A stretch of 32,000 nt of DNA from an uncultured archaeon (GTDB lineage Archaea; Asgardarchaeota; Jordiarchaeia; Jordiarchaeales; Jordiarchaeaceae), in assembly GCA_964510585.1 (NCBI GenBank), contig CAZECW010000187.1:1-32000 (forward strand), given 5' to 3'. Under the pieces are notes generated by a model. That model did no database searches and was not told where the DNA came from. It was given only the letters and a program-made list of their open reading frames with translations. The position numbers were made by a program, and so were the translations under genes. Position 1 is the first letter of the stretch. Each line of letters starts with the position of its first letter. Below, piece by piece: positions 1-8,929 of this stretch.

Positions 1-206
1 CTTTTTCTAATGAATTTATTTAATTTTCTTAAATTTTTTCAAATTAACAATGTGAAATTGCAAAAAATTCAAAATAATATATAAATAAATTAAAAAAATA
101 AGAATTATGCAACACAGCATCCCTAAACTGTTCACCGAAAAAAGAATTTCTAATTAACAATTATTTGGAAAACTGTTGATGGCACATAAACTTCAAAATA
201 ACTTTT

Positions 207-728
207 TTATTCCGCCTTCCCCATTCTTTCCTTCTTAGGTATCACTATTTTCTCCCCCTTCCCTCCCACCGCCTCCGCTTTTCCATCAAGAAACATTGCC
301 GCTATTATACAGCATACTGTTGCATCTAGCTCGTGTTTGGTTCGGGGCCTATGTTCAAACCTTACGAATCTCTCCAACTGGTTCTCGTTAACCTCCATAA
401 TTTTGTAAAAGGCGCCCGGAAAAACCTCAATCACATTACCTAACCTTGCTTTTAGCTTTATTGCTCTCCAGGTCAGCTCTTTTACAAAATTTGGAGGAAA
501 CACCTTAATCCCTCTACGAATGAGCTCCTTATCCGCCTCTCTATAACCCTCACTATAAGTAAGCGGTGCATCAATAGCTACAAGGTCCGGATACGCTCTG
601 ACAGTGCTACTAATTATTTGTATATCGGTGTAAACTATGGAAGTTACTACGTATCCATCATCATAAAGGGCGAATCCTGTGGGGTTCGTCTCCTTTGAAG
701 CAAGATCAAGACCCACTATTACTACCAA
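207..728 (-). CDS. DUF429-like RNase H-fold protein (predicted nuclease)
   Basis: 173-aa ORF with N-terminal VGLDLAS motif, VAIDAPL, VIEVFP and C-terminal HELDATVC, the pattern of DUF429/RNase H-like proteins; TTG start. Confidence 0.6.
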   Translation of the reverse strand: MVVIVGLDLASKETNPTGFALYDDGYVVTSIVYTDIQIISSTVRAYPDLVAIDAPLTYSEGYREADKELIRRGIKVFPPNFVKELTWRAIKLKARLGNVIEVFPGAFYKIMEVNENQLERFVRFEHRPRTKHELDATVCCIIAAMFLDGKAEAVGGKGEKIVIPKKERMGKAE

Positions 729-865
729 CTTTGATACAACCAGCTTAACTATTATCCAAGTTTAAAAGGCGCTGTTATAGAAACTACTTGTTCCTTATCA
801 ACACACAAATATATGACTTTTGCATTTTAACAGTAGGAACATGTTGAAGAATTTGGGTGTAATCC

Positions 866-1291
866 TTGACCGTCTACGAAGCGGGAATTATGCGCAATGG
901 TCTTCTGCTGGTTTTTAGGGAGTACCACGCCACATCTAGTGTGGATCAGGATTTGAAGAGCGCTCTTTTTTCGGCTCTTGAAATAGCAACCCGTAGCACA
1001 TTTGGAGACAGTTTGGACATCATCCAGCTAAAAACTTTAAGCATCATCTACTATAAATCTCCTAAAAATGAGGGAAAATTCGTAGCATATGCTATCTGCG
1101 ACCGCAACACAGATTTTAAACTTCTGAAAGAAATCTTACATAACATTCTTGACACATTCTTAGAAGAATACGCAGAAAACCTCGATTCTCCAATAAGAAC
1201 ATACTATGATGGTTTCAGAAACAAAATAGATTCCTTTTTTAAAGATCTATCCGAGAAGCCGGATGAGCGAGCAAAATCACTCTTCGGCTAA
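866..1291 (+). CDS. Stand-alone longin-like domain protein (Asgard type)
   Basis: 141 aa. Pattern GLLLVFREY...DQDLKSALFSAL...IIQLKTLSIIY...FVAYAICD...LKEILHNILDTFLEEY fits the beta-beta-alpha-beta-beta-beta-alpha-alpha longin topology; recognised by eye only. Confidence 0.6.
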   Translation: MTVYEAGIMRNGLLLVFREYHATSSVDQDLKSALFSALEIATRSTFGDSLDIIQLKTLSIIYYKSPKNEGKFVAYAICDRNTDFKLLKEILHNILDTFLEEYAENLDSPIRTYYDGFRNKIDSFFKDLSEKPDERAKSLFG

Positions 1292-1641
1292 AATTACGAG
1301 TGGACTACCGCCTTCCTCTTTTACCTTGATAAGTTTCTCTGCTTGGCCTAAATTGTGCGAATTCATTAATTTTTAAAACGACTTAAAAATTCAAAAAATA
1401 AACATTAACCATTAAGGGATTCAAGTGAGAACATAAGCATACCGAAAAATTATGCAATAACGAAACTTGTAATTCCAGAATACCGAAAGATTCCATAATG
1501 GGAAAAATTAGCCAAACAATATTACCATAATTTCATATCTCTGGATAAAGGCAGATACTTTTAGGGGAATAGTAAATTTTTTCAAATTTGCAGTTAACTT
1601 TATTACCCCTTCCAATGGAATGTTCCCATTCCCTTCTAATT

Positions 1642-1649
1642 TTTATATA
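1642..1649 (+). promoter_or_regulatory. Putative TATA box (TTTATATA) of the corrinoid/MttB operon
   Basis: TTTATATA lies about 30-50 nt upstream of the candidate starts at 1681 and 1699. Confidence 0.4.
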
Positions 1650-1680
1650 GACCCTTAACCCTAAAAATGGTGTACAAGAC

Positions 1681-2355
1681 TTGGGAGTCAAACTGGAAAT
1701 GGAAAACGATTTGCATCAGAGAATAGTTCAAGCCATATTGGAAATTGATGAGGAGGAAACATTAAAGCTCACGAGGAAATCGCTTGAAAAGTTGCCACCC
1801 GAAAAAATAATTTCTGCACTATCAGAAGGTCTGAGGCAGATGGGAGACCTTTTCGAGAAAGGACAGAGGTTTATACCTGAACTAGTGATAGCCGCAGAAT
1901 TTGTCGACAAGGCTTTTAAAATTCTTGAACCACACCTACCCCAACAAGAGGAAGGAAAAGCTGGCAGCTGGAGAGGCGTGAAGGTAGTTATGGCAACCGT
2001 GGAGGGAGACATCCACGATTTGGGTAAAAACCTTGTCTCCACCATGTTGTCCGCCGCCGGTTTTCAGGTAATCGATCTGGGTAAGGATGTCAGCGCTGAA
2101 ACTATTGTTTCCAAAGTTGAGGAAACCGAGGCACAAGTTGTAGGTCTATCCGCTCTACTAACAACTACTATGGCCCACCAAGAAGAGGTGATAAAACTAC
2201 TAACAAAAAGGGGAATGAGGGAAAAGGTGAAGGTGATTGTAGGAGGCGCCCCCGCCTCCCAGAACTGGGCAGAACAGATAGGTGCCGATGCCTACGCTGA
2301 GAACGCAATGGAAGCCGTGAGAAAAGTTAAGGAGCTCCTTGGAGGCGAACCCTAA
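1681..2355 (+). CDS. Methyltransferase cognate corrinoid (cobalamin-binding) protein, MttC/MtgC-like
   Basis: DIHDLGKNLV (DxHxxG cobalamin motif), GLSALLTTT, VGGAP, GADAYAENA and an N-terminal cap domain. The true start may be ATG 1699 (GGGAG upstream). Confidence 0.92.
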   Translation: MGVKLEMENDLHQRIVQAILEIDEEETLKLTRKSLEKLPPEKIISALSEGLRQMGDLFEKGQRFIPELVIAAEFVDKAFKILEPHLPQQEEGKAGSWRGVKVVMATVEGDIHDLGKNLVSTMLSAAGFQVIDLGKDVSAETIVSKVEETEAQVVGLSALLTTTMAHQEEVIKLLTKRGMREKVKVIVGGAPASQNWAEQIGADAYAENAMEAVRKVKELLGGEP

Positions 2356-3795
2356 ATGGAGGAAACCACTGCTCAGCGTCCCACCATAAGTTTATTGCAA
2401 GAGGAAAGCATTAAAGAGATTATATCCTCTGCCCTAAGAATACTTGAGGACCCGGGAATTGAAATCGACAACAGCGAAGTTCTCAACATTTTAAAACAAA
2501 ATGGAGTGAAGGTTGATTTAGAAAAGAAGAGAGTCAAGCTTCCCGAAGATCTTGTTAAAAAATGTGTAAAATCTGTACCCAAAGAAGTTAAACTATACAG
2601 CCGTGATGGAAAACAAGCCCTCCTTTTGAAGGGTAATAATGTTCACTTTGACCCAGGGTCTGCAGCAATAAACATTCTTGACCATGGAGTTATCCGAAAG
2701 CCAGTATCCAGTGACCTTGAAAAATTTGTACGCCTCGCAGACTTTCTTGAATTTATTCACGCCCAGAGCACCGCACTAGTTATAACCGATGTTCCAGAGA
2801 GATTCGTGGATAGATACCGCCTGTACCTCGTTTTGAAAAACTCCACTAAACCTGTAATCACAGGAGCCTTCACAAAAGACGGAGTCCACGAAATGAAGAA
2901 ATTACTAGAAATAGTTGGAGACAAGGATAACGTGGCAGAAAAACCTATGGCAGTCTTTGATGTCTGCCCAACGCCGCCTCTTGAGTGGAGTGATATAACC
3001 TCACAGAACCTAATCGACTGCGCCAGATATGGAATTCCCGTAGAAATCGTTTCCATGCCTCTGGCTGGTGCAACAGCCCCAGCCACCCTTGCGGGCGCTA
3101 TTGTTCAACACACCGCAGAAACCCTGAGCGGAATAGTAATCGCCCAGCTTGCAAATCCAGGAGCGCCTTGTATCTATGGTGGATCCCCAGCAATTTTTGA
3201 CATGCGACAGGGTACAACACCTATGGGTGCAATAGAAACCGTTATGATTGACTGCGCTTATGCACAAATTGGCAAGTATTTGGGTCTGCCCACCCATGCC
3301 TATTTGGGTCTGAGTGACTCGAAAACCATAGATTCGCAGTCAGGATTCGAATCAGCACTGGGAATAGTTTTGGGAGCCCTAACTGGAATAAATATGATCT
3401 CGGGTCCCGGCATGTTGGATTTTGAGAGTTGTCAGAGTCTAGAAAAACTTGTGATTGACAACGAGATTTGTGGGATGGCATTGAGAATGATTCGAGGAAT
3501 TCAGGTTTGTGAGGAGACCCTTGCTGAGGAGCTAATTAGAAATATGGGGCCTGGGGGACATTTCCTGAATTCGAGACACACTCTTAAGTGGTTCAGAACT
3601 GAACAATTTCTACCCTCCGCCCTTATTGATCGGTTAACAACTTCCCTGTGGCAAGAAAAGGGATCCAAAAACATTTATCAAAAAGCCAGAGAAGAAGTAC
3701 AAAGGATACTTTCTGAACACAAGCCGGAGGCCTTGCCCCCCGACATAGAAAAAGAATTGGATAAAATGGCGGAAAAGTGGAAACCCCAGAAATAA
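2356..3795 (+). CDS. mttB: Trimethylamine methyltransferase superfamily protein (MttB), non-pyrrolysine type
   Basis: 479 aa with typical MttB segments (GATAPATLAGA, PGAPCIYG, SKTIDSQSGFE, GPGGHFL...HT). No in-frame amber; GPGMLDFE occupies the pyrrolysine region. ATG abuts the upstream TAA, with GGAGG at 2341-2345. Confidence 0.93.
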   Translation: MEETTAQRPTISLLQEESIKEIISSALRILEDPGIEIDNSEVLNILKQNGVKVDLEKKRVKLPEDLVKKCVKSVPKEVKLYSRDGKQALLLKGNNVHFDPGSAAINILDHGVIRKPVSSDLEKFVRLADFLEFIHAQSTALVITDVPERFVDRYRLYLVLKNSTKPVITGAFTKDGVHEMKKLLEIVGDKDNVAEKPMAVFDVCPTPPLEWSDITSQNLIDCARYGIPVEIVSMPLAGATAPATLAGAIVQHTAETLSGIVIAQLANPGAPCIYGGSPAIFDMRQGTTPMGAIETVMIDCAYAQIGKYLGLPTHAYLGLSDSKTIDSQSGFESALGIVLGALTGINMISGPGMLDFESCQSLEKLVIDNEICGMALRMIRGIQVCEETLAEELIRNMGPGGHFLNSRHTLKWFRTEQFLPSALIDRLTTSLWQEKGSKNIYQKAREEVQRILSEHKPEALPPDIEKELDKMAEKWKPQK

Positions 3796-3810
3796 ATAAT
3801 CCAAAGGTAC

Positions 3811-4722
3811 CTATCCTATTTCTCTAGTTGCTTGAACCATACGCACTAGCTTTTCTGTTGCTACCTTGTCGTCCTTTAATCCTCTTAGGCCGCAGTCGGG
3901 ATGCGCAATGATGTTTTCTTCTCCCACAAGATTAATAGCTTTTCTTAACACTTCCACGATACTTTGCACATTCTCTAATTCGGGGGTATCGGAACGTACG
4001 CATCCCACACCCAACTTCTTTTTTGCCTTCACCAGTTTGTCCTTTGAGATAACTGAGAAATTTTCTGGATTGCCAGCAAAAGCATGGCTCAAAATGTCCA
4101 CTGGAAAATCAAGTAGAGTGTCAAATACTTTGGTGATATTTCCACAAACATGAAGGTGAACTGGTTTTTTTATGTCCTTTCTCGCTATTTTTATGGCTTC
4201 TTTGGCCAAATCCATGGGTGCACCGACGCTGTAGTAGGGTTCGTCTATCTGTATTGCATCAACCCCAGCTTCCAGTTGCAGATGTGCTTCGGTATTTACA
4301 AATTTTCCCATGTCTCTGTATAATTCTGGGTCTCTGTATCCCTTGTAGTCTTTTGTTTTGAGCAGCCCACTCATAATCATTGTAACTGGCCCGGTTACTA
4401 TTCCCTTCAGCTGGGGCGCTTTTTCACCGTATTTTTCTTTAAGATATTTTTTTACCCAAGTGAGGTCTTCAGCCGCTATGCTCTTGCCGTCATGCTCTAT
4501 TCTGCCCGTTATGTACCATTTGTCTCCCCTCTTCTCGAAACACTTTGCGTGTTCAGCGAAATAGGTAATCATATCAGCGCGAGTTTGTCCATCACTAACA
4601 AGATTTATGCCTGCCTTCACTTGGGACTCAACTGCAAGAATAATATTGTCCCGAAAATCCATATCTATTCTAGGGAATGATCCGATTACTGTTGTCAGTA
4701 ACATAAACTTCACATCGCACAA
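3811..4722 (-). CDS. metE: Core (C-terminal-domain-only) methionine synthase, archaeal MetE/MesA-like
   Basis: 303 aa: TTVIGSFP, DGQTRADM, KGIVTGPVT, IQIDEP, Zn ligands HLHVCG and HPDCGL. Lacks the N-terminal half of bacterial MetE. Confidence 0.88.
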   Translation of the reverse strand: MCDVKFMLLTTVIGSFPRIDMDFRDNIILAVESQVKAGINLVSDGQTRADMITYFAEHAKCFEKRGDKWYITGRIEHDGKSIAAEDLTWVKKYLKEKYGEKAPQLKGIVTGPVTMIMSGLLKTKDYKGYRDPELYRDMGKFVNTEAHLQLEAGVDAIQIDEPYYSVGAPMDLAKEAIKIARKDIKKPVHLHVCGNITKVFDTLLDFPVDILSHAFAGNPENFSVISKDKLVKAKKKLGVGCVRSDTPELENVQSIVEVLRKAINLVGEENIIAHPDCGLRGLKDDKVATEKLVRMVQATREIG

Positions 4723-5040
4723 TAATTTTGTAGACTGAACAATTTAAACATTAATATTTATATCCTTTTCTCATATTTTTTAGAAAAAAATATTACTTAA
4801 AATCATTAAGTATCGTAGGCTCCTTCACCAACCAAAGATTGGTAGGTGTCGCCATTGCCAACTAATAGCACTAAACACGTATCACGAAAAACTCCTTACA
4901 AGAAAAACTTGAACATATATTCCTCTCAAGCTCTAGCCTAAACATTTACTTGGTATATATACGTAGTTCAGAAAAGTAGTTTAAAACACTTTGAAGCATA
5001 GAGCTCCTTCAATTTTAGTGGAGAATTGATTTTAATTTCT

Positions 5041-5238
5041 TTATATTTGGCCTACCCCTCTTCTTCTAGCCAGTAGGCTACCCGCTTGTCCAGGGAGTTT
5101 TTCATTAATTATTCTTTTAACATAGTTCCGCCGGTTTCTTATTCTGGGAATAGGCATTCTTCTCTCTTTAGCTTCAACCTTGGGGGTCTGGCTACGCACC
5201 TTTCCCGCTTTTGTTAGACTACCATGAGAACCTGGCAT
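5041..5238 (-). CDS. rps30e: 30S ribosomal protein S30e
   Basis: [18 protein letters not shown]...PRIRNRRNY signature; AGGAGG upstream. Confidence 0.95.
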   Translation of the reverse strand: MPGSHGSLTKAGKVRSQTPKVEAKERRMPIPRIRNRRNYVKRIINEKLPGQAGSLLARRRGVGQI

Positions 5239-5315
5239 TCTTGAAATCCTCCTTTATTATTACCTAGTGAAGTGTAGAAACATACACATTTAAAGTTTAT
5301 CCAAGAAGTAGCCTT

Positions 5316-5362
5316 TTTTAAAAAAGAAAAATAAAAATGGTAATAAATAAAAAGGAGAATAA
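5316..5362 (-). terminator. Putative U-rich archaeal terminator
   Basis: Long oligo-T tracts on the minus strand immediately after the stop of the 5363-6745 gene. Confidence 0.35.
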
Positions 5363-6745
5363 CTACCTTTTCTTTTCAATCTTCTTAATTACGGGTTCTG
5401 CTACAAGAGTTAGAACATCCCAGGTAGGGCAGCTTGCCGGCGCGTAACATGTTTCTAGCCATTCAAGGTCGTATACCGTCATTCCCGATTGCATGGCAGC
5501 AGCAATTACGTTAATTTTTTGGTGCACATCCTCATAACCCACAATTTGAGCTCCAAGAATCCTACCTTTTTCATCAGAGAAAATTTTTATTCTTATAAGT
5601 TTACCGCCGGGGAAATATCCAGGCTTAGAAGAACCGGTAATCTTACCAATGACTGGTTTGATTCCCGCCCTTTCTAGTTGCGCCAATGTGGGGCCCACAG
5701 CAGCAACCTGAAGGTCAAAAATCTTTGTAATCCTCGTCAAAAGTACACCCTTAGGCATCTTGGCTTCGCCGCCCGCAGCATTAATACCGCAGACCTTACC
5801 CATCCTGACAGCGATTGTGCCCATTCCTTGAGGCGTGGGTTCTCCTGTTACAAAGTCGGGGTATTCTGTACAGTCACCTGCACTATATATGTCTGGAATG
5901 TTGGTTTCGCACTTCTCATTCACTTTAATGTATTTAGTGGTGCCCAGTTGCACGCCTGCCTTTTGGGCTATCTCTGTATATGGCCTCACGCCAGCGCCTA
6001 TCAGTACAAGGTCTGCTGGTAACTCTTTGGTTTCTTTGGTTTCCCTGCATTCAATAAGCACTTTTTCCACTTTTTCTCCACCTATTACCGCTTTAGCCGC
6101 TGTATTAGTGTATACTTCTATTCCATGTTTCTTCATTTCCTCTTCTACCAACTCTGCCATATCTGGATCAATCATTAGTGGCAGGAGACTAGGTAAGAAT
6201 TCAACGATAGCCACTTTCAACCCTTTTTCCACAAGATTTTCCGCAGCTTCGACACCAATAAGCCCCGCCCCTATTACAACTGCATTTTTTGCTTTTTGCG
6301 CTGCAGCCTCTAGATCCATTGCGTCCTTTAGTGTTCTGAGGAAATAAACTCCCTTCTTTTCCTTGATGCCTTCTATGGGAGGTGCTACAGGGTGTGAACC
6401 AGTAGCTATGATTAGTTTGTCGTAGCTTATAGTTTCCTCTTGGCCGTTTTTTAGATTTTTTATTTTCACTGTCTTGGCTTTTGAATCAACATCGATTACT
6501 TCTGTTTCCAGTCTAAGATCTATTTTTACAAAACTTTCATACCATGCTGGTTCATGCTCTATTAAGTTGGAGAAGTCGGGTATAATTTTTGAAATAGTGT
6601 AAGGCAAGCCACATCTAGAATATTCTGGATAAGGTTCACGATTTATTAGAACAACCTCACACTTTCTATCAGTTTTTTTAGCCCAAAGTGCAGCTGTCGT
6701 ACCGGCGGCTCCCGCTCCAATAACAACTATCTTAGTCATTTTCAT
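5363..6745 (-). CDS. FAD-dependent pyridine nucleotide-disulfide oxidoreductase (NADH oxidase / CoA-disulfide reductase family)
   Basis: GAGAAG FAD motif, YSRCGLPY single redox Cys, second Rossmann GAGLIGVE, IYSAGDC and a C-terminal dimerisation domain (CYAPA). Confidence 0.87.
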   Translation of the reverse strand: MKMTKIVVIGAGAAGTTAALWAKKTDRKCEVVLINREPYPEYSRCGLPYTISKIIPDFSNLIEHEPAWYESFVKIDLRLETEVIDVDSKAKTVKIKNLKNGQEETISYDKLIIATGSHPVAPPIEGIKEKKGVYFLRTLKDAMDLEAAAQKAKNAVVIGAGLIGVEAAENLVEKGLKVAIVEFLPSLLPLMIDPDMAELVEEEMKKHGIEVYTNTAAKAVIGGEKVEKVLIECRETKETKELPADLVLIGAGVRPYTEIAQKAGVQLGTTKYIKVNEKCETNIPDIYSAGDCTEYPDFVTGEPTPQGMGTIAVRMGKVCGINAAGGEAKMPKGVLLTRITKIFDLQVAAVGPTLAQLERAGIKPVIGKITGSSKPGYFPGGKLIRIKIFSDEKGRILGAQIVGYEDVHQKINVIAAAMQSGMTVYDLEWLETCYAPASCPTWDVLTLVAEPVIKKIEKKR

Positions 6746-6925
6746 TCGACCCTTTTTTCTTTATTCGTTTAGTCATGGATTCACTTTAGAATTAAAACTT
6801 TTTCTAAACCTTTTATATTAAAAACTAAGACCTCTATGGGCTTATTAACTGCATCTTTATGGAAAAAACTTTTCAGAAGCAAATATCCCTAATTTCCGTT
6901 GCGCCCCAATTTTTGGGGGCTGATT

Positions 6926-7087
6926 TTAACCTTCCCCCTTGCAAACAGGGCAGACAATTTTTCCAGTGCCCCAGCAAGTTTTGCATATGATTTTTGTGTA
7001 GGGATCAGTTACACCGCGCCCACCACACGTTTTACACAATACTTTTCCAGTTCCATTACACTTTGAACATTTTGTCTTAGGAGCCAT
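6926..7087 (-). CDS. 53-aa stand-alone DnaJ-type zinc-finger micro-protein (not in ORF track)
   Basis: Manual translation MAPKTKCSKCNGTGKVLCKTCGGRGVTDPYTKIICKTCWGTGKIVCPVCKGEG* contains four CxxCxGxG repeats; GAGGGA precedes the ATG. Confidence 0.82.
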   Translation of the reverse strand: MAPKTKCSKCNGTGKVLCKTCGGRGVTDPYTKIICKTCWGTGKIVCPVCKGEG

Positions 7088-7144
7088 AAGTATATCCCTC
7101 TTCATTTTTATATTTGCTTAACAAGATACTTTAGCATTCGCATA

Positions 7145-8347
7145 TTATTTCAGTCCCTTCGCCGCCACTATTTTTATTATGTCTCTGTCTTTTAGTTCTG
7201 TGTTTTCGGCGAGTCTTTGCTTTGTCCTGGCATCAATTGCATGTATGAAGGTTTCCCCGAGATCTGTGTGTATGGTATATGCTAACTCTCTCGCTGTCGT
7301 GCCCTTTGGTACCAGGTAGACATCTGGGAGAACGTTTCCATTATGATCACAATACTTGTTTGCGTCTTCTACTGGATAGACTGCAATCATATTGAGGACT
7401 CCGAAAACTGTTTGGTTAAGAGCTTCCTGCACTCCCGTTGAGCCATATTTCTCCAATATTTCTTCACGTATTTTTTCCAAAACGGGTCTCTGTTTCTCTG
7501 GTATCTTTTCAGGTTTCAAGATTTTGAATTCAGAGTCACCGGCTTTGTACTCAATTGCGCCTTCCTCAGCTAGTTTTCTGAGCATAAATTCGGCAAGCGC
7601 ACTGGCTGGTACCACTACCCCCTTTTGCTTAAGTTTTTCCAAGTTTGGAGCTGAAGTTTTTCGGTCGATTTTGTTAGCACAGATTAGCATTGGTTTTGAA
7701 GCCTTTTGTAGACTTCTAGCAAAATTATACAAATCATCTTCGCTCCAGGACTTAGGTTTATCTGGAGCCAATTTTGAATCCTGTAGAGCTTTTTTAATGT
7801 GTGCTTTCTTTATTGCCAACCCAGACAACCTATCTATCAAGAGATCCTCAAGCTTCCCCTTAGCTACTTCCACCTCCCTAATTGTTTTTGGCCATTCACG
7901 CATTATAATTTGCTTAAACCACATTGCAATTTCTCTCTCCAAAAATTCTACGTCCTTTACGGGATCTCCCTTCCCAGGCTCGACTGGTTTTCCTTCTAGG
8001 TCCGTGGATCCTGAGGCGTCAACCACATGAATTAAAGCGTCAGCCCTACGAAGGTCATCTAAAAATTGGTTTCCTAATCCACGTCCCTGCCAGGCGTCAG
8101 GCACCAGTCCTGCAACATCAAGGAGGCTTATTGGAACGTAGCGCACGCCATCTATGCATATAGAGTTTTTGGGGTTATCCTTAACTCCGAGTTCCTTACA
8201 TACGCAATTTATTCTAACATAGCCTGTGCCCTGTTGAGCATTAATGGTTGTGAATGGATAATCTGCGACTTTATACTCTGTTAGGCAAGCGGCGTTAAGA
8301 AAAGTTGTTTTACCAGAATTAGGCTTGCCTACTATTCCCACTAACAT
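7145..8347 (-). CDS. ychF: OBG-family YchF-related NTPase with C-terminal TGS domain
   Basis: GKPNSGKTT (G1), YPFTTI (G2), DVAGLV (G3), NKID (G4) and TGS domain. Start refined to ATG 8347 (AGGTG upstream). Confidence 0.92.
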   Translation of the reverse strand: MLVGIVGKPNSGKTTFLNAACLTEYKVADYPFTTINAQQGTGYVRINCVCKELGVKDNPKNSICIDGVRYVPISLLDVAGLVPDAWQGRGLGNQFLDDLRRADALIHVVDASGSTDLEGKPVEPGKGDPVKDVEFLEREIAMWFKQIIMREWPKTIREVEVAKGKLEDLLIDRLSGLAIKKAHIKKALQDSKLAPDKPKSWSEDDLYNFARSLQKASKPMLICANKIDRKTSAPNLEKLKQKGVVVPASALAEFMLRKLAEEGAIEYKAGDSEFKILKPEKIPEKQRPVLEKIREEILEKYGSTGVQEALNQTVFGVLNMIAVYPVEDANKYCDHNGNVLPDVYLVPKGTTARELAYTIHTDLGETFIHAIDARTKQRLAENTELKDRDIIKIVAAKGLK

Positions 8348-8570
8348 CTTCCACACCTTGAAGCAAATTGGTTCTACTACCTAAATAACTTTATCGTACC
8401 ATCAAAAAGTAAAACGAATCTAAAAAAGGCAACGGTGTACACATGCCCCCCTTAAATTTGAATTCATATAAATTTTAACGGAGCTTACTAAAAATTAGGT
8501 CTTAGAGATGCTAAATGGTATAGGCTAACTATGTATAAGGATTCTCTCCTTTCCATTCCTTTATTTGCCT

Positions 8571-8876
8571 TTACCTATATTCCCTCTCGAAATAACCCCA
8601 GGTTACCTTGCTTCCAAATGACCTTAATCCCTTTTCTTTAAGTTGCTTTACTAGAGTGTCCGCGTATTCTTGGGAAAGCTCCCCTCTTTTTAGCATGTAA
8701 CTGATTATTTCAAGAACCTGTTCCTCATTGTCGCACCTTCTTATCAATCGTATTATATCCACGTCGTCAGCATCCATACTTCTTATTCCCTGTATGGGTG
8801 TTTTTGCCTCACTGGACTCTAGTTCCTCGTACAAATGGGGGTATTCCTCACGGAATTTTTTCCTGTCTATTTCCAT
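8571..8876 (-). CDS. DUF2095-like archaeal protein
   Basis: KFREEYPHLYEEL...DIIRLIRRCDNEEQVLEIISYMLKRGEL...LRSFGSKVTWGYFER. Start refined to ATG 8876, which removes the overlap with the radical SAM gene. Confidence 0.75.
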   Translation of the reverse strand: MEIDRKKFREEYPHLYEELESSEAKTPIQGIRSMDADDVDIIRLIRRCDNEEQVLEIISYMLKRGELSQEYADTLVKQLKEKGLRSFGSKVTWGYFEREYR

Positions 8877-8929
8877 TCTAGTTACCCAATCAAATTTCCA
8901 TTTATCCCTATAAAAAATGTTTTGTACCA

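Noticed and set aside
1491-1620. TTCCA..TGGAA palindromes upstream of the corrinoid gene (1491-1504, 1610-1620)
   Set aside because: Spacing differs between copies and one is imperfect; insufficient for an operator call.
2356-3795. Pyrrolysine (amber read-through) in MttB
   Set aside because: The ORF is open throughout with no in-frame TAG.
4723-5040. Cobalamin or SAM riboswitch upstream of metE
   Set aside because: No B12-box or S-box consensus recognisable on the minus strand.
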